From assembly GCA_963667785.2 (NCBI GenBank), contig CAXXMU010000008.1, positions 1 through 64,000 of the forward strand: a stretch of 64,000 nucleotides of DNA, read 5' to 3'. This DNA is from Alphaproteobacteria bacterium. GTDB taxonomy: Bacteria > Pseudomonadota > Alphaproteobacteria > UBA828. The notes under the pieces were generated by a model that saw only the letters and a program-made list of their open reading frames with translations, had not been told where the DNA came from and ran no database searches. Position 1 is the stretch's first letter; each line of letters starts with the position of its first letter. The position numbers and the translations under genes were made by a program. Positions 29,723-39,272 of this stretch are shown piece after piece.

Positions 29723-31300
29723 TCAGGCCTGGTCGATGACCGTCGACCAGCCGGACTTCGCGGCGTTGATAAGCTCGATCATCTTGTCCTCGCCCTTCTT
29801 CCTGAGGTGCTTGCGCCAGGAATCGGCGGTGTTCTCCATCGCCTCCTGCGACGAGATCTCGCCGGCGAGCGCGGCCACGAGGTTCTCGCTCAGCGTGTTG
29901 TGCATCGCGAACTGGCCGGGGATGGCGATGGTCGGCACCGCCCGCGCCACCGTGCCCTCGATGATCGGCACGTGGTAGGGCTTGTAGGACTGGATGACCA
30001 GCGGATCCTGGAAGTTGGCGAGCTGGAAGGGATCGAAGAAGCCGCCCGGGTTGCCGGTCAGCAGGCTGAAGATCCGCGTGGACCCCGACCACTGCAGCCA
30101 GAGATACGCCGCTTCCTGGTACTCGCTCTGGGTCGAGACGCCACCATTGTTGCCGAGATAGATGGTCGAGCGCCGCACCAGGTCGTTGCCGAACTGGTGG
30201 CCCGGCGGCAGGAACGATCCCATCTTGCCGCCGATCGCGGTTTCCGAATTGTCGAGGAACTTCGGGCAGTTGGAGAAGGTGCCGAGCATGAACGAGTTGC
30301 CGTTGGCCATGTTCCCGTAATACTCGGGCCAGCTCCAGCCGAGGCCGCCCTTGTCCGACCAGTCGAGGCTCTTCACGTGCTCCTCGGTGGCCTGGATGCC
30401 CACATCGGTGTCGATGAGCGGGTTGCCCTCGTCGTCGAACAGGTGCTGGTTCGGATTGTCCTTGCTGACGTAGCGGTTGTACCAGGTGCTGATGCCCCAG
30501 AAGTGGCTCATCATGTTGCCGTTGCCGAGCATCCCCTTGGAGGTGAAGAACTCGGCCAACTGGTCGCATTCCGCCCAGGTGCGTGGCGGCCCGATCTCCC
30601 AGCCGTACTTGTCGCCGAACTCCTTCTGGTTCGCCGGGTCCTCGGTGAGATCCCTGCGATAGACCCAGACCTGGGCGTCGCCGTCGTAGCAGACCGAGCG
30701 CGGCTCGCCGCCGTACTTGTAGAGCATGTCGTAGGACTCGGGCGTCGGCATGCCGCGCTCCGGGTCGGCGAAGTCGGCGCCGTGCTTCTCGATCCACTCG
30801 CCGAGCGGCGCGATGCCGTTCGCCTCCGACAGATCGCCCATGGCCGCGTAGCCGAAGGTGTAGACGTCATAGGCGGCGGACCCGGTGGTGACGTCCTGGA
30901 TCACCTTGTTGAACTGCTCTTCCGGCGAGACGGGGATGAACTCGAGCTTGACCCCGGTCTCGGCCTCCCAGATCGACTGCAGCGTCGGGCCGTCCGGCGG
31001 CCAGGGGTTGGTGAAGTGGCCGATGGCGCCGTCGGTCATCAGGATGTTGAGTTTCTCGGGCGCCTTGCCTTCCGCCTTGAGCGCGCGGATGCCCTCGACC
31101 GCGCGGCCTTCGGACATGGTCTCGTTGTACTGGTAGCGCTCCGCCCCGTCGAAGCCGGTGGGGCCGCCGGTCATCCCCGGCGCGAGGCCCGCCGCCCGTG
31201 CCGGGCGGATGAACTTGGGAGCGATTCCGATCGGCGAGGTGAGCACCACGCCTGCGGCGCCCGCTTTCAGCGCCTGCCGCCGGGTAATCTTGATCGCCAT
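29723..31300 (-). CDS. ABC extracellular solute-binding protein with Tat signal
   Basis: TRRQALK twin-Arg signal, WEAETGVK, YRRDL, PPRTW. Confidence 0.9.
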   Translation of the reverse strand: MAIKITRRQALKAGAAGVVLTSPIGIAPKFIRPARAAGLAPGMTGGPTGFDGAERYQYNETMSEGRAVEGIRALKAEGKAPEKLNILMTDGAIGHFTNPWPPDGPTLQSIWEAETGVKLEFIPVSPEEQFNKVIQDVTTGSAAYDVYTFGYAAMGDLSEANGIAPLGEWIEKHGADFADPERGMPTPESYDMLYKYGGEPRSVCYDGDAQVWVYRRDLTEDPANQKEFGDKYGWEIGPPRTWAECDQLAEFFTSKGMLGNGNMMSHFWGISTWYNRYVSKDNPNQHLFDDEGNPLIDTDVGIQATEEHVKSLDWSDKGGLGWSWPEYYGNMANGNSFMLGTFSNCPKFLDNSETAIGGKMGSFLPPGHQFGNDLVRRSTIYLGNNGGVSTQSEYQEAAYLWLQWSGSTRIFSLLTGNPGGFFDPFQLANFQDPLVIQSYKPYHVPIIEGTVARAVPTIAIPGQFAMHNTLSENLVAALAGEISSQEAMENTADSWRKHLRKKGEDKMIELINAAKSGWSTVIDQA

Positions 31301-31523
31301 TGATGCCTCCCCTTGCATGTTCTCGTTTGGGTGGGCCGTGCAGCCGAGCCGGCGCATTGCCGCCGCGTACCCTATACCATGCGGACATGGCCTCGCGCAT
31401 CCTCCATGCGCCGCCCGACGGCAGGCGCCGGCTCTCGCGCAGCCCGCGCCGGCGGCTGTCATGCGGTTGCGCGAGGGGCTACAAGGGGGCGCGGCCGGGA
31501 GGCGAGCGGGGGAGGCGCACGGC

Positions 31524-32909
31524 ATGAGCGACGACTGGCACCGGATGAGCGCGCTCGCGCTCGGCGGGGGCATCGAGAGCGGCGCCATCGACCCGCGTGC
31601 GCTCGCCGCCTCCTTCCTCGAGCGGATCGAGGCGGCCGACCGTGACCGCGCGATCTACCTGCGGCTCACCGCGGACCGCGCCCGCGCCGAGGCCGAGGCC
31701 GCGCACGAACGCGCCGGGCGCGGCATCAGGCTGTCGCCGCTGGACGGCGTGCCGATCTCGTGGAAGGACCTCTACGACAGCGCCGGCGACGTTACGAGCC
31801 ACGGCACGCCGGTGCTGGCCGAGCGCGTGGCCGCGCGCGACGCCACGGTGCTGGCACGCGCCACCCGCGCCGGCCTCGTCTGCCTCGGCAAGACCAACCA
31901 GTCGGAGTTCGCCTTCTCCATCCTGGGGCTCAATCCCAGGACCGGCACCCCGCCCAATCCCTTCGACGAGGCCACGGCCCGCCTGCCGGGCGGGTCCTCC
32001 TCCGGTGCCGCCGTCTCCCTCTCGCGCGGGCTTGCCGCCGCCGCTATCGGCTCCGACACCGGCGGCTCCGTGCGTGTGCCCGCGGCCTGGAACGGCCTGG
32101 TCGGCCTCAAGACCAGCGTCGGCCGGCTGCCGCTGGAGGGCGTGCTGGGGCTCAGCACCAGCATGGACACCGCCGGCCCGCTCACGCGCGACGTGGCCGA
32201 TGCCGCCGCCCTCTTCGCCGTGCTCGACGGGCGGATCGGCGGCGGCAACCGGCCCGCGCCGGACCTCGCCGGCGCCACGCTCGCCCGCGCCCGCCTGGCG
32301 CTGCCGACGACGCTCGTCTGGGACTCGCTCGATGCCGGCGTCGAGGTCGCGGCATGGGGCGCGATCGAGCGCCTGCGTGCAGCCGGCTGCGCCATCGAGG
32401 AGGCGCCGGTGCCGGAGTTCGACGAGGCCGAGGCCCTGGTCGGCCGCTTCGGCCCCTATCACGCCGCCGAGTGCCACGCCATGTGGCACGACGAGATCGA
32501 GGCGCGGCCGGAGCTGGTCTACGCCCCGATACTCGAGCGCATCCGCACCGGCGCGCGCATATCGGCCACGGACGCCGAACGGGCGAAGCAGGGGCTGGCC
32601 GCCGCCGCCTCGTCCCTCCACGGGCGAATCAGGCGCCACGGCACCCTGCTGCTGCCGACGGTGGCCGTCGGCCCGCCGCCCATCGCCGCGCTCGAAGCCG
32701 ATATCGAGGTCTACAAGGCGGCCAACGCCGCGATCCTGCGCAACACGCGCCTCGCCAACTTCCTCGGCTGCTGCGCGCTGACGCTCCCCTGCGGGCGCGA
32801 TCGCGACGGCGTGCCGGTGGGTCTCATGCTGATGGCGCCGCCGGGCGAGGACGAGCGCCTGCTGCGCCTGGGCCGCGCTATCGAGCCCGTGATCGCTGCG
32901 GCCGGGTGA
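31524..32909 (+). CDS. Amidase signature family enzyme
   Basis: ISWKDLYD, GKTNQSEFA, PGGSSSGAA, GSDTGGSVRVPA. Confidence 0.93.
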   Translation: MSDDWHRMSALALGGGIESGAIDPRALAASFLERIEAADRDRAIYLRLTADRARAEAEAAHERAGRGIRLSPLDGVPISWKDLYDSAGDVTSHGTPVLAERVAARDATVLARATRAGLVCLGKTNQSEFAFSILGLNPRTGTPPNPFDEATARLPGGSSSGAAVSLSRGLAAAAIGSDTGGSVRVPAAWNGLVGLKTSVGRLPLEGVLGLSTSMDTAGPLTRDVADAAALFAVLDGRIGGGNRPAPDLAGATLARARLALPTTLVWDSLDAGVEVAAWGAIERLRAAGCAIEEAPVPEFDEAEALVGRFGPYHAAECHAMWHDEIEARPELVYAPILERIRTGARISATDAERAKQGLAAAASSLHGRIRRHGTLLLPTVAVGPPPIAALEADIEVYKAANAAILRNTRLANFLGCCALTLPCGRDRDGVPVGLMLMAPPGEDERLLRLGRAIEPVIAAAG

Positions 32910-34467
32910 GGGGCGCGGCGTCCGCAGCAGTGGCGGGGGTGAGCAGCGAGCGCCCCGTCATCGCCGCCGGCGCCGCCAGACCCATCAGGTCGAGCACCGT
33001 CGGCGCGATGTCCGCGAGCGCGCCGTCGCGGAGCGCAAGCCCAGGTGCGCCCGCCAGCACGGCGGGGACCGGCCCGTGGGTATGCGCGGTGTGGGGAGTC
33101 GCGTCGTCGGCGCCCCGCATCTGCTCGGCGTTGCCGTGATCGGCGGTGATGAGGAGCGCGCCGCCCGCCGTCGCCACCGCGTCCGCCAGCCGGCCGAGGC
33201 AGCGGTCCACCGCCGCGACCGCCTTCATCGCCGCCGCGAGATCGCCCGTGTGCCCCACCATGTCGGTGTTGGCGTAGTTCACGACGATCAGGTCGAAGCG
33301 CCTGCCTTCGACCGCCTCGATCACGCCGTCGGTGACCTCCGCCGCCGCCATCTCGGGCTGCAGGTCGTAGGTCGCGACCCTGGGCGAGGGCACGAGCACG
33401 CGCTCCTCGCCCGGCATCTCCCGCTCCTCGCCGCCATTGAGGAAGAAGGTGACATGGGCGTACTTCTCGGTCTCGGCGATCCGGAGCTGGCTGAGGCCCG
33501 CCGCAGAGACCACTGCGCCGAGGCCGTCGGCCACCGGGGAGGGCGGGAACAGGGTCCCCATCAGGCCGTCCAGCGTCTCCGAGTAGCTGCACATGCCGCA
33601 TGCCGCGGCGAAGCGCACCCGGCGCTCGCGGGCGAAGTCGTCGAAGGCCGGGTCGAGCAGCGCCGCGACGATCTGGCGCGCGCGGTCGGCCCGGAAGTTG
33701 GCCATGACCAGCCCGTCGCCGTCGGCGCCGCCGGCGTAGCCCGCGACCACCGCAGGCTCGACGAACTCGTCGCCGACATCCTCCACGTAGCTCTCGGCGA
33801 CGGCTGCCGCCGCGCTCGCCGCCGCCCGGCCCTGCGCCGCCACCACGGCCTCATAGGCCCGCGCGGTCCGCTCCCAGCGCCGGTCCCGGTCCATGGCGTA
33901 GTAGCGGCCGGCGACGGTCGCGATGCTCACGCCGGGGAGCCCGGCGATCGCCGCCTCGAAATGCGGAAGCTCGCCCGCAGCCGAGCGCGGCGGCACGTCG
34001 CGGCCGTCCAGGAAGGCGTGGATTGCCACGGGCACGCCGGCTTCGCTCAGGATGCGCGCGAGCGCCGTGATGTGGTTCTCGTGCGCGTGCACGCCGCCCG
34101 GAGAGACCAGGCCCATCAGGTGGCAGCGGCCGCCGCTCTCCCGCAGCCGTTCGATGAGAGCGAGGAGGGCCGGGTTGCGGGCGAGAGAGCCGTCGGCCAC
34201 GGCCCGGTCGATGCGGGGCAGGTCCTGCAGCACGATGCGGCCCGCGCCGATGGTCATGTGGCCCACCTCGGAATTGCCCATCTGGCCCTCGGGCAGGCCC
34301 ACGGCGGCGCCGGCGGTAGCCAGCAGGCCCCAGGCACGGTCCGCGGTCAGCCGGTCCCACACCGGCGTCTCAGCCAGCGCGATGGCGTTGTTCTCCGTCT
34401 CCGGCCGATGCCCCCAGCCGTCCAGCACGCAGAGGACGACGGGGCGGTATGCGGTCTTGCCGGCCAT
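32878..34467 (-). CDS. gpmI: 2,3-bisphosphoglycerate-independent phosphoglycerate mutase
   Basis: LDGWG, GQMGNSEVGH, GRYYAMDRD, NFRADRA, AETEKYAHVT, DMVGH, TADHGN. Confidence 0.97.
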   Translation of the reverse strand: MAGKTAYRPVVLCVLDGWGHRPETENNAIALAETPVWDRLTADRAWGLLATAGAAVGLPEGQMGNSEVGHMTIGAGRIVLQDLPRIDRAVADGSLARNPALLALIERLRESGGRCHLMGLVSPGGVHAHENHITALARILSEAGVPVAIHAFLDGRDVPPRSAAGELPHFEAAIAGLPGVSIATVAGRYYAMDRDRRWERTARAYEAVVAAQGRAAASAAAAVAESYVEDVGDEFVEPAVVAGYAGGADGDGLVMANFRADRARQIVAALLDPAFDDFARERRVRFAAACGMCSYSETLDGLMGTLFPPSPVADGLGAVVSAAGLSQLRIAETEKYAHVTFFLNGGEEREMPGEERVLVPSPRVATYDLQPEMAAAEVTDGVIEAVEGRRFDLIVVNYANTDMVGHTGDLAAAMKAVAAVDRCLGRLADAVATAGGALLITADHGNAEQMRGADDATPHTAHTHGPVPAVLAGAPGLALRDGALADIAPTVLDLMGLAAPAAMTGRSLLTPATAADAAPLTRPQRSRAR

Positions 34468-34514
34468 GACCGCGCCTTCTACCCCGCCGCCCCCGCGTTG
34501 GCCACGCCGCGGGC

Positions 34515-35036
34515 TCAGACCGGCGCCGGGCGGTCGCCGCGGCTGATCGTCACCGGCGCGCCGCCGCTGATCGTCCGGTAGACGACGCAGTAGCGCTCGG
34601 TGAGCCTGAAGAGCTTCTCCAGGTCCTCCTGCGCGGCGTCGCTCGCCACGTCGAAGTGCAGGCGAATGGCGCGGAAGCCCACCGGCGCGTCGCGGTCGAC
34701 GCCGAGGGTGCCGCGCACGTCGAGATCGCCCTCCGCGCTCACCCGGGCGTCGCGGATCTCGATGGAGAGCGCGGTCGCGACCGCCTTGAGGGTGACGCCG
34801 GCGCAGGCGACCAGCGCCTGGAGCAGCATGTCGCCGGAGCATGCCTGCAGGCCCGAGCCGCCGCCCGAGGGATGCAGCCCCGCCTCGACCAGTGCCTTGC
34901 CGGTATCGACCGAGCAGGCGATTCCCGATTCGTCCACCGCGCCCGCGGCCCTGAGCACGATGATGGCCGCGTCCGCGTCCTCGCGGTAGCGTTGCTTGAG
35001 CGGCGCCTGCAGCGACCTGAGTTCGTCGGCATCCAT
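34515..35036 (-). CDS. OsmC family protein
   Basis: CSGDMLLQALVACAG and TERYCVV Cys pair, GDLDVRGTLG. Confidence 0.9.
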   Translation of the reverse strand: MDADELRSLQAPLKQRYREDADAAIIVLRAAGAVDESGIACSVDTGKALVEAGLHPSGGGSGLQACSGDMLLQALVACAGVTLKAVATALSIEIRDARVSAEGDLDVRGTLGVDRDAPVGFRAIRLHFDVASDAAQEDLEKLFRLTERYCVVYRTISGGAPVTISRGDRPAPV

Positions 35037-35071
35037 GTCGTGTGTCCCTTTCTGGTGCCCTCTGGCGCCCC

Positions 35072-36424
35072 CTAGCGCCGGTAGCGCGCGGCGGGGTGCT
35101 GCGCCGGCAGCCGCGCCCGCCCGAACAGCTTCTCGCGCAGGCTGCCCGGCGCGTAGTCCGGCTGCACCAGCCCGCGCCGCTGCAGCTCCGGCACCACGCC
35201 GTCCACGAAGTCCGCGAAGGTGCCGGGGGTGACCGCGTAGACGATGTTGAAGCCGTCGACTCCCACCTCGTGCCATGCCTGGAAGCGATCCGCGATCTGC
35301 TCCGGCGTGCCGGCGAGGAACTGGCCGGAGGCGCGCGAGCGCACGAGGTCGCGGAAGGTGAGCGAGGTATCGGGCGCCGATTCGATCAGCCCCCTGACCA
35401 CGCCCTGCATGGCGTCGGTCTCGAGGCTGGCGAGCGGCGCGTCGAGGTCGATGGCGCCGAGGTCCACGCCGACGCTCCCGCTCATGTGCGCGAGCCCGCC
35501 TTCCACGCTCGACTGCGCCAGATAGTCCGCCGCCTTGGCCTCGGCCTCCGCCTCGGTGCCGCCCACCACCGGGGTGACGCCCTGGAAGAAGAGGATGTCC
35601 TCCGGCCGCCGCCCTCGCCTGGCGGCGCGGGCGCGGATGTCCCGGACGACGCCGGCAGACGCCTTCAGGCTCCGCATGGAGGCGAACATGAAGACGCACT
35701 CCGCGTGGGTCGCGGCGAACTCCCGCCCGCGCTCGGACGATCCGGCCTGGAAGAGCAGCGGGGTGCGCTGCGGCGAGGGCTCGGAGAGATGCGGCCCCTT
35801 CACCTCGTAGTAACGGCCCGCGTGGTCGATGGGGTGGATCTTCGCCGGGTCGGCGTAGACGCCGCGGGCCGTGTCGCGCAGCACCGCGTCTTCCTCCCAG
35901 CTTCCCTCCCACAGCTTGTAGGCGACCTCCAGATACTCCTCGGCGCGGGCGTAGCGCTCGTCATGAGGCGGCAGCCCGCCGAAGCCGAGGTTCTCGCCCG
36001 CGTTCGGCAGGTAGGAGGTGACGATGTTCCAGGCGATGCGCCCCCGCGTGAGGTGATCCAGCGTCGAGATCTGACGGGCGAAGGTGAAGGGCGGCACCTG
36101 GAGCACCGAGTTCGTGAAGGCGAAGCCGAGATGCTCGGTCGCCATCGCCATCGCCGGGATCAGCGGCATCGGGTCGTTCGCCGGGATCTGCACCGCTTCC
36201 TCGATCGCCGTCCCGGGCCCGCCCCGGTAGAGGTCGTAGGCGCCGATCACGTCGGCGAGGAAGAGAGCGTCGAAGCGGCCCCTCTCCAGGAGCTGCGCGA
36301 GCTCGATCCAGGGCTCGATCCGGTTGTACTCGCGCTGGCGCGTGTCGCCCCGCACCCACAGGCCATGCTGGATGTGGGAGACGCAGTTCATCGAGAACGC
36401 GTTGAGGTGGATGCGCTTGCTCAT
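35072..36424 (-). CDS. LLM-class FMNH2-dependent monooxygenase (DszA/NtaA/DmoA family)
   Basis: FDALFLAD, TLDHLTRGRIAWNIVTS, LWEGSWE, SPQRTPLLFQAGSS, VVPELQRRG. Confidence 0.93.
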   Translation of the reverse strand: MSKRIHLNAFSMNCVSHIQHGLWVRGDTRQREYNRIEPWIELAQLLERGRFDALFLADVIGAYDLYRGGPGTAIEEAVQIPANDPMPLIPAMAMATEHLGFAFTNSVLQVPPFTFARQISTLDHLTRGRIAWNIVTSYLPNAGENLGFGGLPPHDERYARAEEYLEVAYKLWEGSWEEDAVLRDTARGVYADPAKIHPIDHAGRYYEVKGPHLSEPSPQRTPLLFQAGSSERGREFAATHAECVFMFASMRSLKASAGVVRDIRARAARRGRRPEDILFFQGVTPVVGGTEAEAEAKAADYLAQSSVEGGLAHMSGSVGVDLGAIDLDAPLASLETDAMQGVVRGLIESAPDTSLTFRDLVRSRASGQFLAGTPEQIADRFQAWHEVGVDGFNIVYAVTPGTFADFVDGVVPELQRRGLVQPDYAPGSLREKLFGRARLPAQHPAARYRR

Positions 36425-36568
36425 GCGCCGTCGTCTCCGGGGCCGCGGCCCTGCGCCAGCATGGCACGCCCGTGCCGTGCGCGAAACGTGCGCGCCCATG
36501 CCCCCGGCGGGCGCGCCTTGCTGTATGGTCGTGCTCCCCGAACGGAGTCATGCAGAGCGAGGGAAGCG

Positions 36569-37360
36569 ATGGCGGAGGATCGTGCCGCGGACCGCGAGGT
36601 CGGCGTCGACGGCAAGGTGGTGCTGGTCACCGGCGCGTCGCGGGGCATCGGCGCCTGCTGCGTCCGCTCCCTGCTCGCCGGCGGCGCCAGCGTCGTCCTC
36701 CACTACAACGAGCGCAGGGAGGCGGCGCAAGCGGTGGCCGAAGCGGCGCCCGAGCACTGCCACCTGGTGGGGGCCGACCTCGCGGAGGAGGAGGCGCCGC
36801 GCGCGCTCTGGCAGCGGGCGCTCGCCTGGCAGGGCCGCATCGACGTGCTGGTCAACAACGCCGCCGTCTACGAGGCCGAGCCCGAGAGCGCCGGCGAGGC
36901 CGATGACGCCGCCTGGCGCGCCGTCTGGCAGCGCACGCTGCAGATCAACCTGATCGCGCCGGCGGCGCTCGCCCGGCTTGCGGTGGACCACTTCCGCACA
37001 CGCGGCGGCGGCATCCTCATCCACCTCTCGAGCCGGGCCGCCCATCGCGGGGAGAAGCCGCTGCTCGGCTCCTATGCCGCGAGCAAGGCCGGCCTCAACG
37101 CGCTCAGCCACACCATCGCCCGCAACGACGGCGCTGCCGGCGTGCTCTCCTATGCGGTGGCGCCGGGCTGGGTCGGCACCGACATGTCCTGGGACTACAT
37201 CAACGAGACCGGCGATCGCGGCCCGCTCGGCGAGAACGCGCTGGGCACGCTGATTCCGCCCGAGGAGGTGGCGAACATCGTGGCCTTCCTCGCCTCCGGC
37301 GCGGCACGCCACGCCACGGGCACCGTCATCGACATCAACGGCGCCACCTTCCCACGCTAG
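36569..37360 (+). CDS. Short-chain dehydrogenase/reductase
   Basis: TGASRGIG, NNAA, YAASK, APGWV, DING. Confidence 0.92.
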   Translation: MAEDRAADREVGVDGKVVLVTGASRGIGACCVRSLLAGGASVVLHYNERREAAQAVAEAAPEHCHLVGADLAEEEAPRALWQRALAWQGRIDVLVNNAAVYEAEPESAGEADDAAWRAVWQRTLQINLIAPAALARLAVDHFRTRGGGILIHLSSRAAHRGEKPLLGSYAASKAGLNALSHTIARNDGAAGVLSYAVAPGWVGTDMSWDYINETGDRGPLGENALGTLIPPEEVANIVAFLASGAARHATGTVIDINGATFPR

Positions 37361-37563
37361 TGTCCGGAGAGAGAAGTTCGCTCGATTGCGGGTTGGTTGC
37401 GCTGCCTCCCCCCCGTTAGCAATCCTCGTCATGCCCGGACTTGTTCCGGGCATCTCGCTCAGCCGGACCAGTCGAACGCCACGCGAACACGTGGATGGCC
37501 GGGACAAGCCCGGCCATGACGTGGGGGGGTATGCGCACACGAACGTCGCGATCAGGACACTAG
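37357..37563. mobile_element. MITE-like element, family C, containing an alphaproteobacterial REP pair
   Basis: CTAGTGTCC...GGACACTAG terminal inverted repeat; internal GTCATGCCCGGACTTGTTCCGGGCATC...GATGGCCGGGACAAGCCCGGCCATGAC palindromes. Confidence 0.8.
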
Positions 37564-37668
37564 GCCGCGACTGCGGCCAGCGCGGACTCTTCTTTCGCGC
37601 TCGTGACCTTTTTGTGCCGCGCTCGTGACCTTGCAGGCACGAGCGACTCAGGCGCGCGCTCCCAGCCT

Positions 37669-37999
37669 GTCACCCGGACCATGGTGCGGTGCACGGCGTG
37701 GGGCGTCTCCGCCAAGATCGCGCCATGCGACGGAAGAACCAGCGGCGGCAGGCGGAAAGGGCGGGAACAACGCCCGGCGCCACCTCGCGGTCACGGGATT
37801 CATCCCGGAAACCCGCCCGGATATCCCAGCGGAATCCCACCTTCTTCGGAAAATGTCCCGCGCGGAATCCCTTGCCATCCCGGCGAATCCCGCGTGCCCC
37901 CCCTTTTTGGTGAATCCCACTTTCAGTCGCCATGGCGGGGCGCGACGCCCGGCCCCCGTCGCGTCCCCGGAACACGTCCGCGCATGGTCCGGGCATGAC
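37669..37999. repeat. Nested inverted-repeat element with internal ATCCC direct repeats (candidate structured RNA or MITE)
   Basis: CCCGGACCATG/CATGGTCCGGG, GGGCGTC/GACGCCC, CGCCATGCGAC/GTCGCCATGGCG and GGGATTCA/TGAATCCC nested pairs. Confidence 0.55.
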
Positions 38000-38202
38000 G
38001 AAGGGAGGGCGGGTATGACGGCCAGGGGTGCCGTTCGAGCCGTGGTGACCTCGTATGGTCGGATCGTGCTCCAGGGCGGCTGCGGGCCGGTGACAAGTCG
38101 CGCGCGCTGCGGGATCGCTCGTTGTTGGACGATCGTGTTTTCGATGCTAGCGTGCCGACAAATGCCGACCGATTCCTTGTAGACCTCCAGAGGAAAAGCG
38201 TC

Positions 38203-38613
38203 ATGGGTCCTGGTGCAGGAATAAGAAGTGCTGTCGTCTTGACGCTTCTTCTATTTGTTTTTGCATGCGCGCCCGCCTATCAGCCCCTGACGGAGAGAAA
38301 CTCGACATTGACCCAGGGGAACGTTCAGCTGAATCTTCAGGTGGGCAAGACGACCAAGGCCCACGTGCTCGAGACATTCGGCTCGCCCAACATCACCACC
38401 AGAGACGGAAGCGGTCGCGAGGTCTGGACGTATCAGAGAAGCGCCCAAGTAACCCAGTCGTCATCGGAGTCCGGTTACTGGTCCATATTGATCGTGGGTC
38501 AATCCTTCGACAGTTCCGGGCTCGAGACGTCCACTAGAATGATCACGCTTATCATAAAATTCGATAGCGACGACGTGGTCGTGGACTTCAGAAGCCAGAC
38601 GTCGGATTTCTAG
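38203..38613 (+). CDS. SmpA/OmlA(BamE)-like lipoprotein
   Basis: Hydrophobic signal ending VFAC, GKTTK..VLETFGSPN, REVWTY, IKFD...V; visibly AT-richer. Confidence 0.75.
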   Translation: MGPGAGIRSAVVLTLLLFVFACAPAYQPLTERNSTLTQGNVQLNLQVGKTTKAHVLETFGSPNITTRDGSGREVWTYQRSAQVTQSSSESGYWSILIVGQSFDSSGLETSTRMITLIIKFDSDDVVVDFRSQTSDF

Positions 38614-38626
38614 AGAGACCGTAGCA

Positions 38627-39103
38627 ATGAGATATCGCCTTCTGCTCCCGTTCCTTCTGGCGGCGGCCGTGTCGGCGTGCGCCCCGGCGATGCCGCCCCC
38701 GATCCAGACTCCCCTGGCCATTCAGAGCATCCAGAGCAGGCAGTACGAGGCCAGCAGGGAAGTCGTGTTTCCCAGCGTGATCTCGATGTTTCAGGACCTG
38801 GGGTACATCATTACGAACGCCGACATGGCGACGGGGCTGATCTCGGCGGAAAGTGCCGCACAGAGCAGCGACGACTTCGAGAGTTTCCTGATGGGGCAGA
38901 CGAAAGTCTCCCAGACCAAGGCCACGGGATTCGTGGAAACGATCGGCACCATGACGCGGCTGAGGCTGAATTTCGTCGAAATAAACCAGACCTCGACCGA
39001 CTATGGACAAACCGACCGCCACGACACGCCGATTATGAACCCGGGGCTCTATCAGAACGCATTCAGCCGGGTCGAGAACGGGATTTTCCTGCGCTCGGAG
39101 TGA
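38627..39103 (+). CDS. Hypothetical lipoprotein
   Basis: Lipobox AVSAC; IQSRQYE, FQDLGYII...D..TGLI; co-oriented with the upstream lipoprotein. Confidence 0.8.
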   Translation: MRYRLLLPFLLAAAVSACAPAMPPPIQTPLAIQSIQSRQYEASREVVFPSVISMFQDLGYIITNADMATGLISAESAAQSSDDFESFLMGQTKVSQTKATGFVETIGTMTRLRLNFVEINQTSTDYGQTDRHDTPIMNPGLYQNAFSRVENGIFLRSE

Positions 39104-39272
39104 GGCGAGCGCCGCCGACCGATACGCGTATCAGGCCGGCCTAAACGCCGCCTCTCCATCCTGCCCCCGGCGCGCGGGCGCCCGGAGAAGGGAACGGGCG
39201 CCGCGTGCCTCAGCCGGATGAGGGCAGAGAGGCGGCCCCGCGGGCTCCGCGGGGCCGCACGCCGTGCACGGA

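Noticed and set aside
36461-36480. Sigma54 promoter TGGCAC...TGC between the LLM monooxygenase and the SDR
   Set aside because: GG-to-GC spacing is 9 rather than the required 10; it is only a short palindrome GGCACGCCCGTGCC.
37590-37920. Short direct repeats as a possible CRISPR array
   Set aside because: The repeats are only 5-15 bp with no regular 30-40-bp spacers, and there are no cas genes.
37386-38204. Small ORFs across the repeat-rich gap
   Set aside because: They overlap REP/MITE palindromes, lack RBS and codon bias, and show no recognisable domains.
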